NCBI GenBank assembly: GCA_018221135.1
Contig: JAAOYB010000009.1
Span: 1-56,477, forward strand
Reading direction: 5' to 3'
From: Candidatus Woesearchaeota archaeon
Lineage (GTDB): Archaea > Nanobdellota > Nanobdellia > Woesearchaeales > BM511
DNA length: 56,477 nt
Of this stretch, positions 9,676 through 18,354 are shown one piece after another; position 1 is the first letter of the stretch; every line of letters starts with the position of its first letter. Position numbers and translations under genes: made by a program. The notes below the pieces were generated by a model that worked only from the letters and a program-made list of their open reading frames with translations, searched no databases and had not been told where the DNA came from.

Positions 9676-10533
9676 ATGAGTGAATTAGAGGCGCAAATAA
9701 CAAGCGTACAAGAAAGTATAAGCGAAAATAATCGGGTGCAAAGCGCGAGCAGCATAAAAACTCTTAAGCAATGCCCAAGGAAATACTATTATAGGTACGT
9801 AGAAGAAATACAAGAAGAAACAAATATTTATGCTATTAGAGGAAAAGCAGCGCACAGAGCCCTAGAAGAATTCTTCAGTTTAAACACAGAGCAACTCGAA
9901 ACAATAAGTAAACAAACAAACAGGGTCTCAACTCTAAAAGCAGTTATAAGAAACCAATTCGATGACGCGTGGAAAGAACTAAGCCAAGAGATTGAAACCA
10001 TTGATTTGAACCAAGCCTTAATTAAGCAGTACCATGATGAAACCATCTCGATGCTTATGGATTACGTAGAAGAAACAGCAAACCAGATAACAGGGGGGTT
10101 TGTTGAAGGTTTCGAAGCACAAAAACCTATAAGGATAGAAGAAGAAATAATCTCAGAAGACCTCGGCGTCAGAGGATTCATTGATGTTCAAAGAAAAGAC
10201 GGAGATGACTTAATAGTCCTTGATTATAAGACTAGTTCAAGGATGGGCTTAGAAGAACACCTATTACAACTCGGGATATACGCTCTTCTAATAAAGGATA
10301 AGCACGGCAAAATACCAGAGAAAGTCGGCGTGATATTCTTAAAACACGCAGGCAAAACACAAACGATTAACGTAACCCAAGAAATGCTTCGAGGAGTCAT
10401 TAATGAGATAAGAGCAGCGCATAAGAAGACTCAGAGCAGAGAAAAATCTGATTATAACAAGATTTACGGCCCTCTTTGCAAATGGAATTATGGTCAGTGC
10501 GGATACTTTGATGTTTGTCAAAAAGACAAGTAA
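9676..10533 (+). CDS. PD-(D/E)XK nuclease of the Cas4/RecB type with a four-Cys cluster
   Basis: 285 aa. It has an N-terminal Cys (LKQCPRKYYY), the nuclease motif GFIDVQRKDGDDLIVLDYKTS, QLGIYALL (QxxxY), and a C-terminal CKWNYGQCGYFDVC. Confidence 0.7.
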   Translation: MSELEAQITSVQESISENNRVQSASSIKTLKQCPRKYYYRYVEEIQEETNIYAIRGKAAHRALEEFFSLNTEQLETISKQTNRVSTLKAVIRNQFDDAWKELSQEIETIDLNQALIKQYHDETISMLMDYVEETANQITGGFVEGFEAQKPIRIEEEIISEDLGVRGFIDVQRKDGDDLIVLDYKTSSRMGLEEHLLQLGIYALLIKDKHGKIPEKVGVIFLKHAGKTQTINVTQEMLRGVINEIRAAHKKTQSREKSDYNKIYGPLCKWNYGQCGYFDVCQKDK

Positions 10534-10546
10534 AATTATATAAATA
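10532..10546 (+). promoter_or_regulatory. TATA-like box upstream of the ThiF-family gene
   Basis: AAAATTATATAAATA ends 24 nt before the ATG at 10570. Confidence 0.4.
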
Positions 10547-10569
10547 GTTTTGATTTCTAGACTAAAAAC

Positions 10570-11274
10570 ATGAAAGAAAGATACGTTAGGCAAAGCGCTT
10601 TTAAAAAAATAGGAAGGCAAGGCCAAGAAAAAATAAGCAACGCAAGCGTAGCTATCGTTGGGTGCGGAGCTCTTGGTAGCAGCTCAGCAGAGATACTAAC
10701 AAGAGCGGGTATCAAAGAAATTGTTTTGATCGACCCAGACATAGTTGAAGAAAACAATTTGCAACGCCAAAGCTTATACACCCAAGAAGACATCTCAAAA
10801 CCAAAAGTAGATGCTCTAAAGTCTCACTTAGAAAAAATTAATGGAGACGTCGAAATAATTGTTTACCAAGAAAAAATAAGCAGTGAAAACATTGATTTAT
10901 TAGGTTCAGCCATCATAGTTGATGGCCTTGATGAGTTCGAGCCAAGATATGTTCTTAATGATTACGCCAACAAAAACGGGTTGTTCTATGTTTTTGGAAG
11001 CGCGATTAGAAGCGAAGGAATGACTATGCCAGTAATGCCGGGTAATCCTTGTTTTAGGTGCGTCTTCGATGATTATAAGACTTTTGAGAAAGCAGACACG
11101 CAAGGAGTGATAGCAAGCGCGGTTAGGACTGTAAGCGCGCTTCAATGCGCGTTAGCATTAAGATTAATTATTGGAGAAGAAGTTAAGTGCGAACTTTTAA
11201 AATTTGATGTTTGGACTCAAGAATTCACCAAGGTTAAACCTAAGGTTAGAACTGGTTGTGTTTGCACAAAATGA
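10570..11274 (+). CDS. ThiF/MoeB/UbaA-family E1-like adenylyltransferase
   Basis: 234 aa with the nucleotide-binding motif VAIVGCGALGS...IDPDIVEENNLQRQ and two CxxC-type pairs (CFRC and CVC). Confidence 0.75.
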   Translation: MKERYVRQSAFKKIGRQGQEKISNASVAIVGCGALGSSSAEILTRAGIKEIVLIDPDIVEENNLQRQSLYTQEDISKPKVDALKSHLEKINGDVEIIVYQEKISSENIDLLGSAIIVDGLDEFEPRYVLNDYANKNGLFYVFGSAIRSEGMTMPVMPGNPCFRCVFDDYKTFEKADTQGVIASAVRTVSALQCALALRLIIGEEVKCELLKFDVWTQEFTKVKPKVRTGCVCTK

Positions 11275-11912
11275 GAAAAAAGAAAGGTTTAGTCTTGATT
11301 AGTAGCGGAATCGACAGCCCAGTAGCGGCGAGCCTCCTAGTAAACGATTACGATCTTAGCTTCATCCATTTTAGAAACACGCTAAGAAAAGACAATATTA
11401 ATGAAGAAAAAGTTGTGAAGTTATTAACTCACCTAGCCAAAAAATATGATAAAACTTTTGACTTATACATCTCACCTCTCATTTATCTTCAAGAAGAATA
11501 CCAAAAACGTTGTTTTAGGCGTCTTCAATGCGTGTTTTGTAAGAGAAGCATGTTTAGAATAGCACAAAAAATAGCAAAAGAAAACGATATTGATTACTTG
11601 ATAAGCGGAGAGAACTTAGCTCAAGTAGCTTCGCAAACACTAGAAAACATGAAAGTAATTGATTTAAGCGTTGACATCCCCATTCTTCGCCCGCTTCTTA
11701 GTTATGACAAAAACGAGACTGTAAAGATAGCAAAAGAAATAGGAACTTATGATTTATCAATAATAAAAGAAGGGGGTTGTCCTTTCTTGCCAGATAACCC
11801 GCTTACTAGAAGCACAAAAGAAAAATTAGAATTCCAAGAAGCCAAGATAAATATAGAAGAATTAAATGATAAAATAATAAAGAAAACATCTAAGAAAAAA
11901 ATAAGTTCTTAA
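11271..11912 (+). CDS. Stand-alone ThiI-like PP-loop ATPase (no THUMP or rhodanese domain)
   Basis: It has the PP-loop SSGIDSPVA, ISGENLAQVASQT and PILRPLL. Three Cys positions (CVFC and GGCPF) resemble the Fe-S ligands of methanogen ThiI. The ATG at 11271 overlaps the ThiF-family stop (ATGA). The track ORF starts at 11256. Confidence 0.65.
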   Translation: MRKKKGLVLISSGIDSPVAASLLVNDYDLSFIHFRNTLRKDNINEEKVVKLLTHLAKKYDKTFDLYISPLIYLQEEYQKRCFRRLQCVFCKRSMFRIAQKIAKENDIDYLISGENLAQVASQTLENMKVIDLSVDIPILRPLLSYDKNETVKIAKEIGTYDLSIIKEGGCPFLPDNPLTRSTKEKLEFQEAKINIEELNDKIIKKTSKKKISS

Positions 11913-12190
11913 TACAATATCTTAAAATCTTTGAATTCATTATTTGAATCCTCCCATTCTTCTACTATTTTCTCAACGCTGCTAAGACCTGGGTTTTGTT
12001 TCAAAAAACTAAGTATTGAAACTAAACTCTTTTGTTCTCCTTCAAAAACTGCTTCTACACTATCATCAAAACGGTTTTTGACCCAGCCAAAAACTCTGAG
12101 TTCAACAGCTTTTCTTTGTGTGTTCTGCCTGAAAAAAACACCTTGAACTCTTCCATGAATAACTACTCTTAACCTTTTTTGTTCACCCAT
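11909..12190 (-). CDS. acyP: Acylphosphatase
   Basis: 93 aa with the motif VIHGRVQGVFFR...GWVKN. Confidence 0.8.
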   Translation of the reverse strand: MGEQKRLRVVIHGRVQGVFFRQNTQRKAVELRVFGWVKNRFDDSVEAVFEGEQKSLVSILSFLKQNPGLSSVEKIVEEWEDSNNEFKDFKILY

Positions 12191-12288
12191 AATAAATTGA
12201 TATTTGTTTTTTTATTATAAAAAACCTATCACTATTTTAACCATATTTTTAAATAAGATGAATAATACTTAACAAGGACTGATAATAA

Positions 12289-13371
12289 ATGGAGTTTATT
12301 CAAAGTTTTAATTGGCTTGAAAAAAACGGTTATTTCGATGTAGAAAAAACCAGGATAAAACAATTTACTAATATCTTAAAACAAACGCTCAAGCCAAAAG
12401 GAGAAGAAGCACTCATAATAGGAGATACTGGCTTTGAGAATCATAGGATGTCAACAAAGCTTACTAGTTATTATTTCTTAGCAGCGGAGAGGCTTAGGCT
12501 AAACCCTAAGATTTACTTGCAAGAACCCAAGAATAGGGGTGAGCTTACCAACCCAGAAATAATTAGGGCGTTAGCGCATCACAAAGAAGAAAACCTCATA
12601 ATGGCAAACCTCTCAAATAAGTTTGGAACTATGAAAGGACTTGGTAATAGTTACAGAAGTTTTTGCAAGAAACAAGGACACAGATTCATCTCAACTACTA
12701 GTCTTGGAACGATTCCAAACGATACAGAAGCTGCGGTTCTCCACGCTTTAGACGTAGATTACAAAACTTTATCAAAGAAACACAGCAAGCTAAAAGAGAT
12801 ATTAGATGAAGGAAAAAGATTAATCATAACAACAGACGCCGGCACAGATATCAAGTTTAACATCGCAAAAAAAACGAGTGTCTCCGCAGATGGGATGTAC
12901 TCTGAGCCTGGTAGAGGAGGTAATCTGCCTTCAGGAGAAGTATATATTCCTCCAAGAAAAAAAAGTGTTTGGGGAAAAGTAGTTATTGATGGGAGTTCAA
13001 GAACTGCTACTAGGACGCACCTAGTTCAGAACCCTTTTACTATTCACGTTGATGAAGGAGAGATAACCAAGATTACAGGGAGCGATGAAGGAAAAAAGTT
13101 GGTGGAGTCTTTACTTTGGGCAAAACAAAACTCGAAACACGGAGGGTGGGGGGTTAGAAGAATTGGAGAGATAGGAATCGGGCTTAATCCTAACGCTAAA
13201 CTAATCGGAAGCACTATCATTGATGAAAAAGCCGCGGGCACCGCTCATGTTGCTATTGGTAGCAATCATTGGTTTGGAGGCACAATCTACGCTATCATCC
13301 ACTTAGACCAAGTCTTTAAGAACCCAGTAATCGAAGTTGATGGAAGCGAGATAAACACAGACAAACTATGA
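12289..13371 (+). CDS. Aminopeptidase, M29 (AmpS/PepS) family
   Basis: 360 aa with the M29 metalloprotease motifs GEVYIPP, EIGIGLNP and GTAHVAIG. Confidence 0.65.
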   Translation: MEFIQSFNWLEKNGYFDVEKTRIKQFTNILKQTLKPKGEEALIIGDTGFENHRMSTKLTSYYFLAAERLRLNPKIYLQEPKNRGELTNPEIIRALAHHKEENLIMANLSNKFGTMKGLGNSYRSFCKKQGHRFISTTSLGTIPNDTEAAVLHALDVDYKTLSKKHSKLKEILDEGKRLIITTDAGTDIKFNIAKKTSVSADGMYSEPGRGGNLPSGEVYIPPRKKSVWGKVVIDGSSRTATRTHLVQNPFTIHVDEGEITKITGSDEGKKLVESLLWAKQNSKHGGWGVRRIGEIGIGLNPNAKLIGSTIIDEKAAGTAHVAIGSNHWFGGTIYAIIHLDQVFKNPVIEVDGSEINTDKL

Positions 13372-13760
13372 AAAAAGAAGAATTCTTAAAAGAAATAAAA
13401 AAGTTAGGATTACCAAGTAATTCTTTTGCGATTCATGGTAGTGGTCCATTAACTATTCGTGGCTTAAAAGAAACAAATGATGTTGACATAATAGCTAGAA
13501 AAGAATTATTTGAAAAACTAAGCAAAAAACATGGTTTGAAAACAGGAAGCACTGATTGTATAGAGATAGGAGTTATAGAAGTTTTTTCTAAATGGAAACC
13601 AGATGATGTAAGCATTGATAAACTAATTGATGAAGCAGACATAATTGAAGATGTGAGATTTGTTCGCTTAGAAGAAGTAAAGCGTTGGAAACAAAAAAGA
13701 AATCTTGAAAAGGACAGAAAAGACATAATATTAATCGATGATTTTTTGAAAAAAAAATAA
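13368..13760 (+). CDS. Small protein with a minimal nucleotidyltransferase-like motif
   Basis: 130 aa. HGSGPLTIRG...NDVDII resembles the GS-x(n)-DxD pattern. Its start overlaps the upstream stop (ATGA). Confidence 0.35.
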   Translation: MKKEEFLKEIKKLGLPSNSFAIHGSGPLTIRGLKETNDVDIIARKELFEKLSKKHGLKTGSTDCIEIGVIEVFSKWKPDDVSIDKLIDEADIIEDVRFVRLEEVKRWKQKRNLEKDRKDIILIDDFLKKK

Positions 13761-13776
13761 TTTTTTTTTTCTTTGG

Positions 13777-13790
13777 AAAGTTTTATATAT
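13777..13790 (+). promoter_or_regulatory. BRE/TATA box upstream of the permease gene
   Basis: AAAGTTTTATATAT ends 23 nt before the ATG at 13813. Confidence 0.5.
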
Positions 13791-13812
13791 AATTTGTTAC
13801 AGAAAAATAGTA

Positions 13813-14979
13813 ATGGGGGAAAACATCACTACTCTAAAAGGAGTATTTATATTCTCAGCTACGATTATAGGCGCAGGGATTCTTGCATTGCCTCTAAAAG
13901 CAGCTACGTCAGGATTCTTACCACTATTACTAATACTATTAATCGTTGGTGTAATAAGCATTTATAGCGCTTTATACATCAGTGAAACCGTTCTTGTAAC
14001 CAAAGGAGACCACCACCTCCCAAGCTTAGCAAAAAAATACTTGGGGAATTGGGGGATGCTCGCCATGATACTCGGAATAATGGTGTACATCTACGGCGCA
14101 CTTATCGGTTACTTATCCGCTGGAGGAAGATTATTCAACACGCTTAGTGGTGGAGTCCTTCCTAATTGGGCAGGGGTCTTAATATATTTCTTTATTGCTA
14201 GTATAATAATCGTTTTCGGCTTAAGACTTCTTAGTTACGTTGAATCATACTTGTTTTACTTGATGTTGTTGCTTCTTGGATTAGTGATTAGTTTTAGTTT
14301 TAGAAGTATACAAGTACCGATGCTTCTCGAAGCTAACTGGTCGCAGACCCTTGGGATTTTTGGAGTTGTATTATTTGCTTATGTAGGTCACAGCGTGATT
14401 CCTTCAATCGCTTCTGGGCTCAGAGTGAAAAAAGACATTAACAAAGTAGCAGTTATAGGAGTGCTTCTTCCATTAATACTTTATGTTATTTGGTCTTTAG
14501 TAATTATTGGTATAGTCCCAGCTGCTTCTTTGAGTAGTGCTAGCCAATCAGGAAATCCTGCTACTATTCCGTTAGGAGTATTGGTTGGCGGGAGCATTTT
14601 CTTGCTAGGTAACATCTTTGCTGTCTTATCTACTATGACTAGTTACATAGGTTTTGGTTTCAGCCTTAAAGACGCGTATATCAATACTTCGAGTTTGTAT
14701 CATAGAAGACTAAAGCCGTACCTCGCGACTTTATTAGTTGTTATTCCTCCTCTTATAATTGCTCTTCGAAACCCTGCTGGTTTTGTTAACGCACTTGACA
14801 TCGCCGGGACATATGGTGGAGGACTATTCGTAGGAATACTTCCTGTACTAATGGTTCTAAAAGCGAGGCAAAAAAATATTAGGACGACTTTCATCACGAA
14901 AGGAGGCACAGTAGTTCCTCTAATAGTATTAGCTATTTACTTGGCCGGCATGATTTATACCACGTTGCAATTCTTCTAA
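13813..14979 (+). CDS. Amino acid permease (Trp/Tyr-permease-like, about 11 TM helices)
   Basis: 388 aa and highly hydrophobic. It has the N-terminal signature SATIIGAGILALPL. Confidence 0.65.
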   Translation: MGENITTLKGVFIFSATIIGAGILALPLKAATSGFLPLLLILLIVGVISIYSALYISETVLVTKGDHHLPSLAKKYLGNWGMLAMILGIMVYIYGALIGYLSAGGRLFNTLSGGVLPNWAGVLIYFFIASIIIVFGLRLLSYVESYLFYLMLLLLGLVISFSFRSIQVPMLLEANWSQTLGIFGVVLFAYVGHSVIPSIASGLRVKKDINKVAVIGVLLPLILYVIWSLVIIGIVPAASLSSASQSGNPATIPLGVLVGGSIFLLGNIFAVLSTMTSYIGFGFSLKDAYINTSSLYHRRLKPYLATLLVVIPPLIIALRNPAGFVNALDIAGTYGGGLFVGILPVLMVLKARQKNIRTTFITKGGTVVPLIVLAIYLAGMIYTTLQFF

Positions 14980-14992
14980 GAAAAAAAAGGAG

Positions 14993-15106
14993 TGGGCCTG
15001 CCCGGACTCGAACCGGGGATCCTCGCCGCACCGAACACGACTAAGCTTTCGGGTATGCTTAGTCGCATATGTCGAGGCGATGTCATAGCCACTAGACCAC
15101 AAGCCC
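14993..15106 (-). tRNA. tRNA-Val(GAC) with a 41-nt intron at the canonical 37/38 position
   Basis: Acceptor stem GGGCTTG/CAGGCCC. D arm GTGGTCTAGTGGCTATGAC. Anticodon stem TCGCC/GGCGA. T arm CCCGG-TTCGAGT-CCGGG. The intron (15029-15069) forms a perfect BHB: a 4-bp central helix TCGA/TCGG flanked by 3-nt bulges CAT and TGC, then a 12-bp inner helix. No CCA is encoded. Confidence 0.8.
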
Positions 15107-15179
15107 AACAAAATAATAAAAAAAGATTCGGTGTTTATTTAAAAACCTTTTTATACCTAAAACCTTATTTGTTTTGTTT

Positions 15180-15683
15180 ATGGAGCTTCCTGAGTACACG
15201 GTTTACGTTGAGATTCCTCGGATTCTTTTTTCAAAAACCTTAAAACACATAGGGTTAGGTCTTTTGGCTTACATAGCGATAATAACGAATTTTATCGTGC
15301 TAAAAAAAACGACTACTTTCGCAACTAACATATTATTTATGATAATAATAATTCTTGGCATAATGCTCTTAACAATAATTAGTTATCTTAGGATAAGCAA
15401 CTACCAATACCAATTCTACTCTAACAGGATAGAAAAACACGCCAAGAAAACAGGGTACATCACCTACGACCAAATAAGGGGTATAGAGATAAAAAGAAGT
15501 TTGTTGGACGCTGTGTTTAACACTGGAAAAATTGATTTGGGTGGGTTTAGTATTGATTACGTACCGAACTTGAACCAAATTTATTTCTATGTTCAAAAAA
15601 TGGCGGAATTAAGAGGAGGGTACAACCCAGCAACACAACAACAAAGCCAACAAGTACAACAACAAAACTATCAGCAAAGATAA
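15180..15683 (+). CDS. Membrane protein with a bacterial-type PH (YdbS/YdbT-like) domain and a Q-rich tail
   Basis: Two TM helices are followed by ITYDQIRGIEIKRSLLDAVFNTGKIDLG. The C terminus is QQQSQQVQQQNYQQR. The ATG at 15180 is preferred over the TTG at 15174. Confidence 0.55.
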   Translation: MELPEYTVYVEIPRILFSKTLKHIGLGLLAYIAIITNFIVLKKTTTFATNILFMIIIILGIMLLTIISYLRISNYQYQFYSNRIEKHAKKTGYITYDQIRGIEIKRSLLDAVFNTGKIDLGGFSIDYVPNLNQIYFYVQKMAELRGGYNPATQQQSQQVQQQNYQQR

Positions 15684-15709
15684 TGAGAAAAGAAGTTTTA
15701 TTCTTTTTT

Positions 15710-16033
15710 TTAGGAGGCTTTTTGCCTAGCACTTGTTTCGTATTCAACGACTTCTTTTTCAAGTGTTTTAAACATCATCATATAAGAACCCATAACACCA
15801 ACAAGAAACCACCCTACAAGTATGGTGTTTAATACGTCATTAGAAGGTTGCCCAGTATCAACCATTGCAATCATTGCAAGCACTGCAGGAGTTCCCCCCG
15901 CTAAAGTTCCATGAATTAAAGACCAGAGATTTCCATGTACTCCTGCTTTTTTTAATTTCATAACTATCCTTTTATATGTAGGTAATAATCTATTTAGCTC
16001 GCCAGTATATCTTTTCATTAACTCTTCATCCAT
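15710..16033 (-). CDS. Small membrane protein, unknown function
   Basis: The ORF has two hydrophobic helices. The ATG at 16033 lies 7 nt after the upstream stop, so I prefer it to the TTG at 16072 in the track. Confidence 0.45.
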   Translation of the reverse strand: MDEELMKRYTGELNRLLPTYKRIVMKLKKAGVHGNLWSLIHGTLAGGTPAVLAMIAMVDTGQPSNDVLNTILVGWFLVGVMGSYMMMFKTLEKEVVEYETSARQKAS

Positions 16034-16040
16034 TTTTTTC

Positions 16041-16538
16041 TCAGTTTCTATGTAAGATGTGAAACCAGACAAGGTTGTTGTCTGAGTTACACCCCAAAAA
16101 ACTTTTTTTATGTTCTCCTTTTTTTATTATTTCTTCTCCTTTTTTTATTCTGTCTTCAACAATACCAATTTTTCGTTTAGTAAACCTCATAACATCTTCT
16201 AAGTTATCTAATGTTACTAATAATTCATGTTTTATATGGTTGAACTCGTTTTCATCCATTTTAAAACCCGCTTGATACTCTGTTTTTCTTACATGCTTAC
16301 CATATTTTTTTAAGTACCAAGAAGCTTCACTACTTCCTTTACGAATTATTTCTAAGAAATGCTCTTCTCTCCCAAGAGTTTTTAGGATTTGAGCTTTTAA
16401 ATCTTCGTTTCCTGGATTATTTTTGTATTGTTCTAATAAGGAACCAAGATTTGATAAAAGTTTAGCTCTTATTCTTGTTGCTTGAATAATCTTTTTATCA
16501 ATTTGTTTTACTTCATCAGGAACACGTTTTGGATTCAT
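16041..16538 (-). CDS. Hypothetical protein (165 aa)
   Basis: Long ORF with a strong box AAAGGTTTATATAGTC (reverse complement of 16561-16576) 25 nt upstream. No recognisable motif. Confidence 0.5.
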   Translation of the reverse strand: MNPKRVPDEVKQIDKKIIQATRIRAKLLSNLGSLLEQYKNNPGNEDLKAQILKTLGREEHFLEIIRKGSSEASWYLKKYGKHVRKTEYQAGFKMDENEFNHIKHELLVTLDNLEDVMRFTKRKIGIVEDRIKKGEEIIKKGEHKKSFLGCNSDNNLVWFHILHRN

Positions 16539-16560
16539 AAACTAAGAAAAATGAATAAAA

Positions 16561-16576
16561 GACTATATAAACCTTT
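16561..16576 (-). promoter_or_regulatory. BRE/TATA box for the 165-aa gene
   Basis: The reverse complement reads AAAGGTTTATATAGTC. It lies about 25 nt upstream of the start at 16538. Confidence 0.5.
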
Positions 16577-16579
16577 TTT

Positions 16580-17020
16580 TTATGTTTCTCTTCTTAGAAA
16601 GTCGCCGATGTCAAAGATGTTATTTGCAAAAATCTTTTTATCATCAACTATTCTAGCCACACCCAAAACGTTATTGTTTTCATCGCTTACTAAGACAACA
16701 CTTTTTTTGTGGTATTCTAAACCTTTCTTTATTGATTCATGCATCAAATCCCTTCCACAAACAAAAAGCCAAGCAGCTTTGTCATCTACTATTAATTTCT
16801 TAGACGTCGTCTTAGAAACCAATTCTAATAACGAGGTGCTAGGAACAAAATTTTTTTGTTTTGTTTCGCCTAAGAATAACCCTACGTGTTTTGGCTTCTC
16901 ACCAACTATTTCAACAACTTCTCTCAAATCTTTTTTTAACAAGAAAAGTTTTTTATTAATTCGATAAACGTTTTCTTCTAGTTCGTAACCAAAATTTTTT
17001 AGGAACCCTGCTTCGTTCAT
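16580..17020 (-). CDS. NIP7-like ribosome biogenesis protein (PUA domain)
   Basis: 146 aa with VGLFLGE, KAAWLFVCGRDLM and VLVSDENNNVLGVARIV. The C-terminal DIGDFLRRE is typical of archaeal NIP7/UPF0113. Confidence 0.6.
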   Translation of the reverse strand: MNEAGFLKNFGYELEENVYRINKKLFLLKKDLREVVEIVGEKPKHVGLFLGETKQKNFVPSTSLLELVSKTTSKKLIVDDKAAWLFVCGRDLMHESIKKGLEYHKKSVVLVSDENNNVLGVARIVDDKKIFANNIFDIGDFLRRET

Positions 17021-18237
17021 TGTTTTATCTTGACTTTTTTATGAGTGAAGCCATAAATTTGTTTTAACGACTCATCAAGTAACTTATCATAATCAATTCC
17101 TGAATCATCAATCAGACTCGCGACTTGGATTTCTATATCACCAATTTTTTTGAGTAAATGATCAATTTGGTAATCAAGTTCGATAATATCAAGCATCACC
17201 TTATTTTTTGAGAGAAGCATCTCTTTTTGTTGTCTTTGCTTTGTTAATTCATCAAGTCTTTTCTTAATATCCTTTAATGTCTTCTTGCTTATCTTTTTAA
17301 GTGCTTGAGTTATTTCTTCTTTGTTTTTTGTGATTTTGATCTTCTCTTTTTGTATCATGGAGAGCATCTTCTCGGCTTTTTTGGTGATGTTAAGACCATA
17401 ATCTGATATCAATGCCGCTGAAGGGTCATCGATGTAAGCCTTGACGTATTTATCATCGTATTTTGAGTTATAAACTTTGAACAAGCTTAGGACGTCTTTA
17501 AAAATTGTTTCAAGATCTTCTTTTTCTTTGCTTATCTCGTCGCTTATGTTTTTTGCGTCTTGATAAGTTTTTTCGCTTAGCTTGAAGCTTTCTGTCATCA
17601 TAAGAGTGTTTTGTTTGTTTTTGTATTCGTTTAACTTGTTTTTTATCTTGATAATATCAGCTTTTCTTGACTCTGTCTCTTTGGAGTTTTCTTTCTCTTT
17701 TTTTTTGTTCTCACTTAATAATTGGATGTTTGAGTGAAGTTTGTAGTAATCATTAATTATTTCTTGAGATAACAACTCGTTTACTTCTATCATGTTTTTT
17801 TCCAAGACATCTATTTTTGTTAGTAGCACGTTTACTTGATCAGAGAAATACTTCGTTACGCTACTAATAACTCCTAAGTTTTGTTCTTTGAATTCTTTTA
17901 GTTTTTCTACGAAACCCGTTGCTTGTTCTCGAAGCAACACGTGATGATCTTCTTCGGATAGTATGTTTATGACAAGGCGCATTTCTTGGTTTAGAAAACT
18001 TATTTTTGACTCTATTGCTTTTAACTCTATATCTGTGTGTTTGTCACGTCTAAGATTATAAGGTGAGATAGTGTCAAGTAAGTGATATATGTGCTCTATT
18101 ACGCGCGTGTTTTCTTGGTTTATCAAAAAGACTTTATCATTTATTTTTGATAGGGTTTTGGTGCTGTTAGCGTCTAAGAAATCATTTAATTCATCAATTC
18201 CTAAAATCGTTGTTTTTCCAAAAACCTTTTTTAACAT
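17017..18237 (-). CDS. Coiled-coil protein of unknown function (406 aa)
   Basis: Long K/E/L/I-rich ORF with heptad-like composition. Its stop overlaps the NIP7-like start (ATGA). Confidence 0.55.
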   Translation of the reverse strand: MLKKVFGKTTILGIDELNDFLDANSTKTLSKINDKVFLINQENTRVIEHIYHLLDTISPYNLRRDKHTDIELKAIESKISFLNQEMRLVINILSEEDHHVLLREQATGFVEKLKEFKEQNLGVISSVTKYFSDQVNVLLTKIDVLEKNMIEVNELLSQEIINDYYKLHSNIQLLSENKKKEKENSKETESRKADIIKIKNKLNEYKNKQNTLMMTESFKLSEKTYQDAKNISDEISKEKEDLETIFKDVLSLFKVYNSKYDDKYVKAYIDDPSAALISDYGLNITKKAEKMLSMIQKEKIKITKNKEEITQALKKISKKTLKDIKKRLDELTKQRQQKEMLLSKNKVMLDIIELDYQIDHLLKKIGDIEIQVASLIDDSGIDYDKLLDESLKQIYGFTHKKVKIKQ

Positions 18238-18314
18238 TTTAACAAAACACCCAGTTATACCATATTTGTTTGTCTTGTTTTATTTATTAATTTATTGATT
18301 GATAAACTTATCTA

Positions 18315-18328
18315 ATAGTTTTATATAA
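18315..18328 (+). promoter_or_regulatory. BRE/TATA box upstream of the Rpp21 gene
   Basis: ATAGTTTTATATAA ends 27 nt before the ATG at 18355. Confidence 0.5.
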
Positions 18329-18354
18329 TAAAAAACTTTTTTTGTATTTTGAGA

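Noticed and set aside
14929-15243. ORFs 14929..15111 (-) and 14992..15243 (+).
   Set aside because: They overlap the tRNA-Val gene and its flanks. The tRNA fold with its BHB intron explains the sequence far better.
16033-16072. Apparent 32-nt overlap, and a possible frameshift, between ORFs 16041..16538 and 15710..16072.
   Set aside because: The overlap depends on a TTG start. An ATG at 16033 gives a normal 7-nt intergenic spacing, so two separate genes is the simpler reading.
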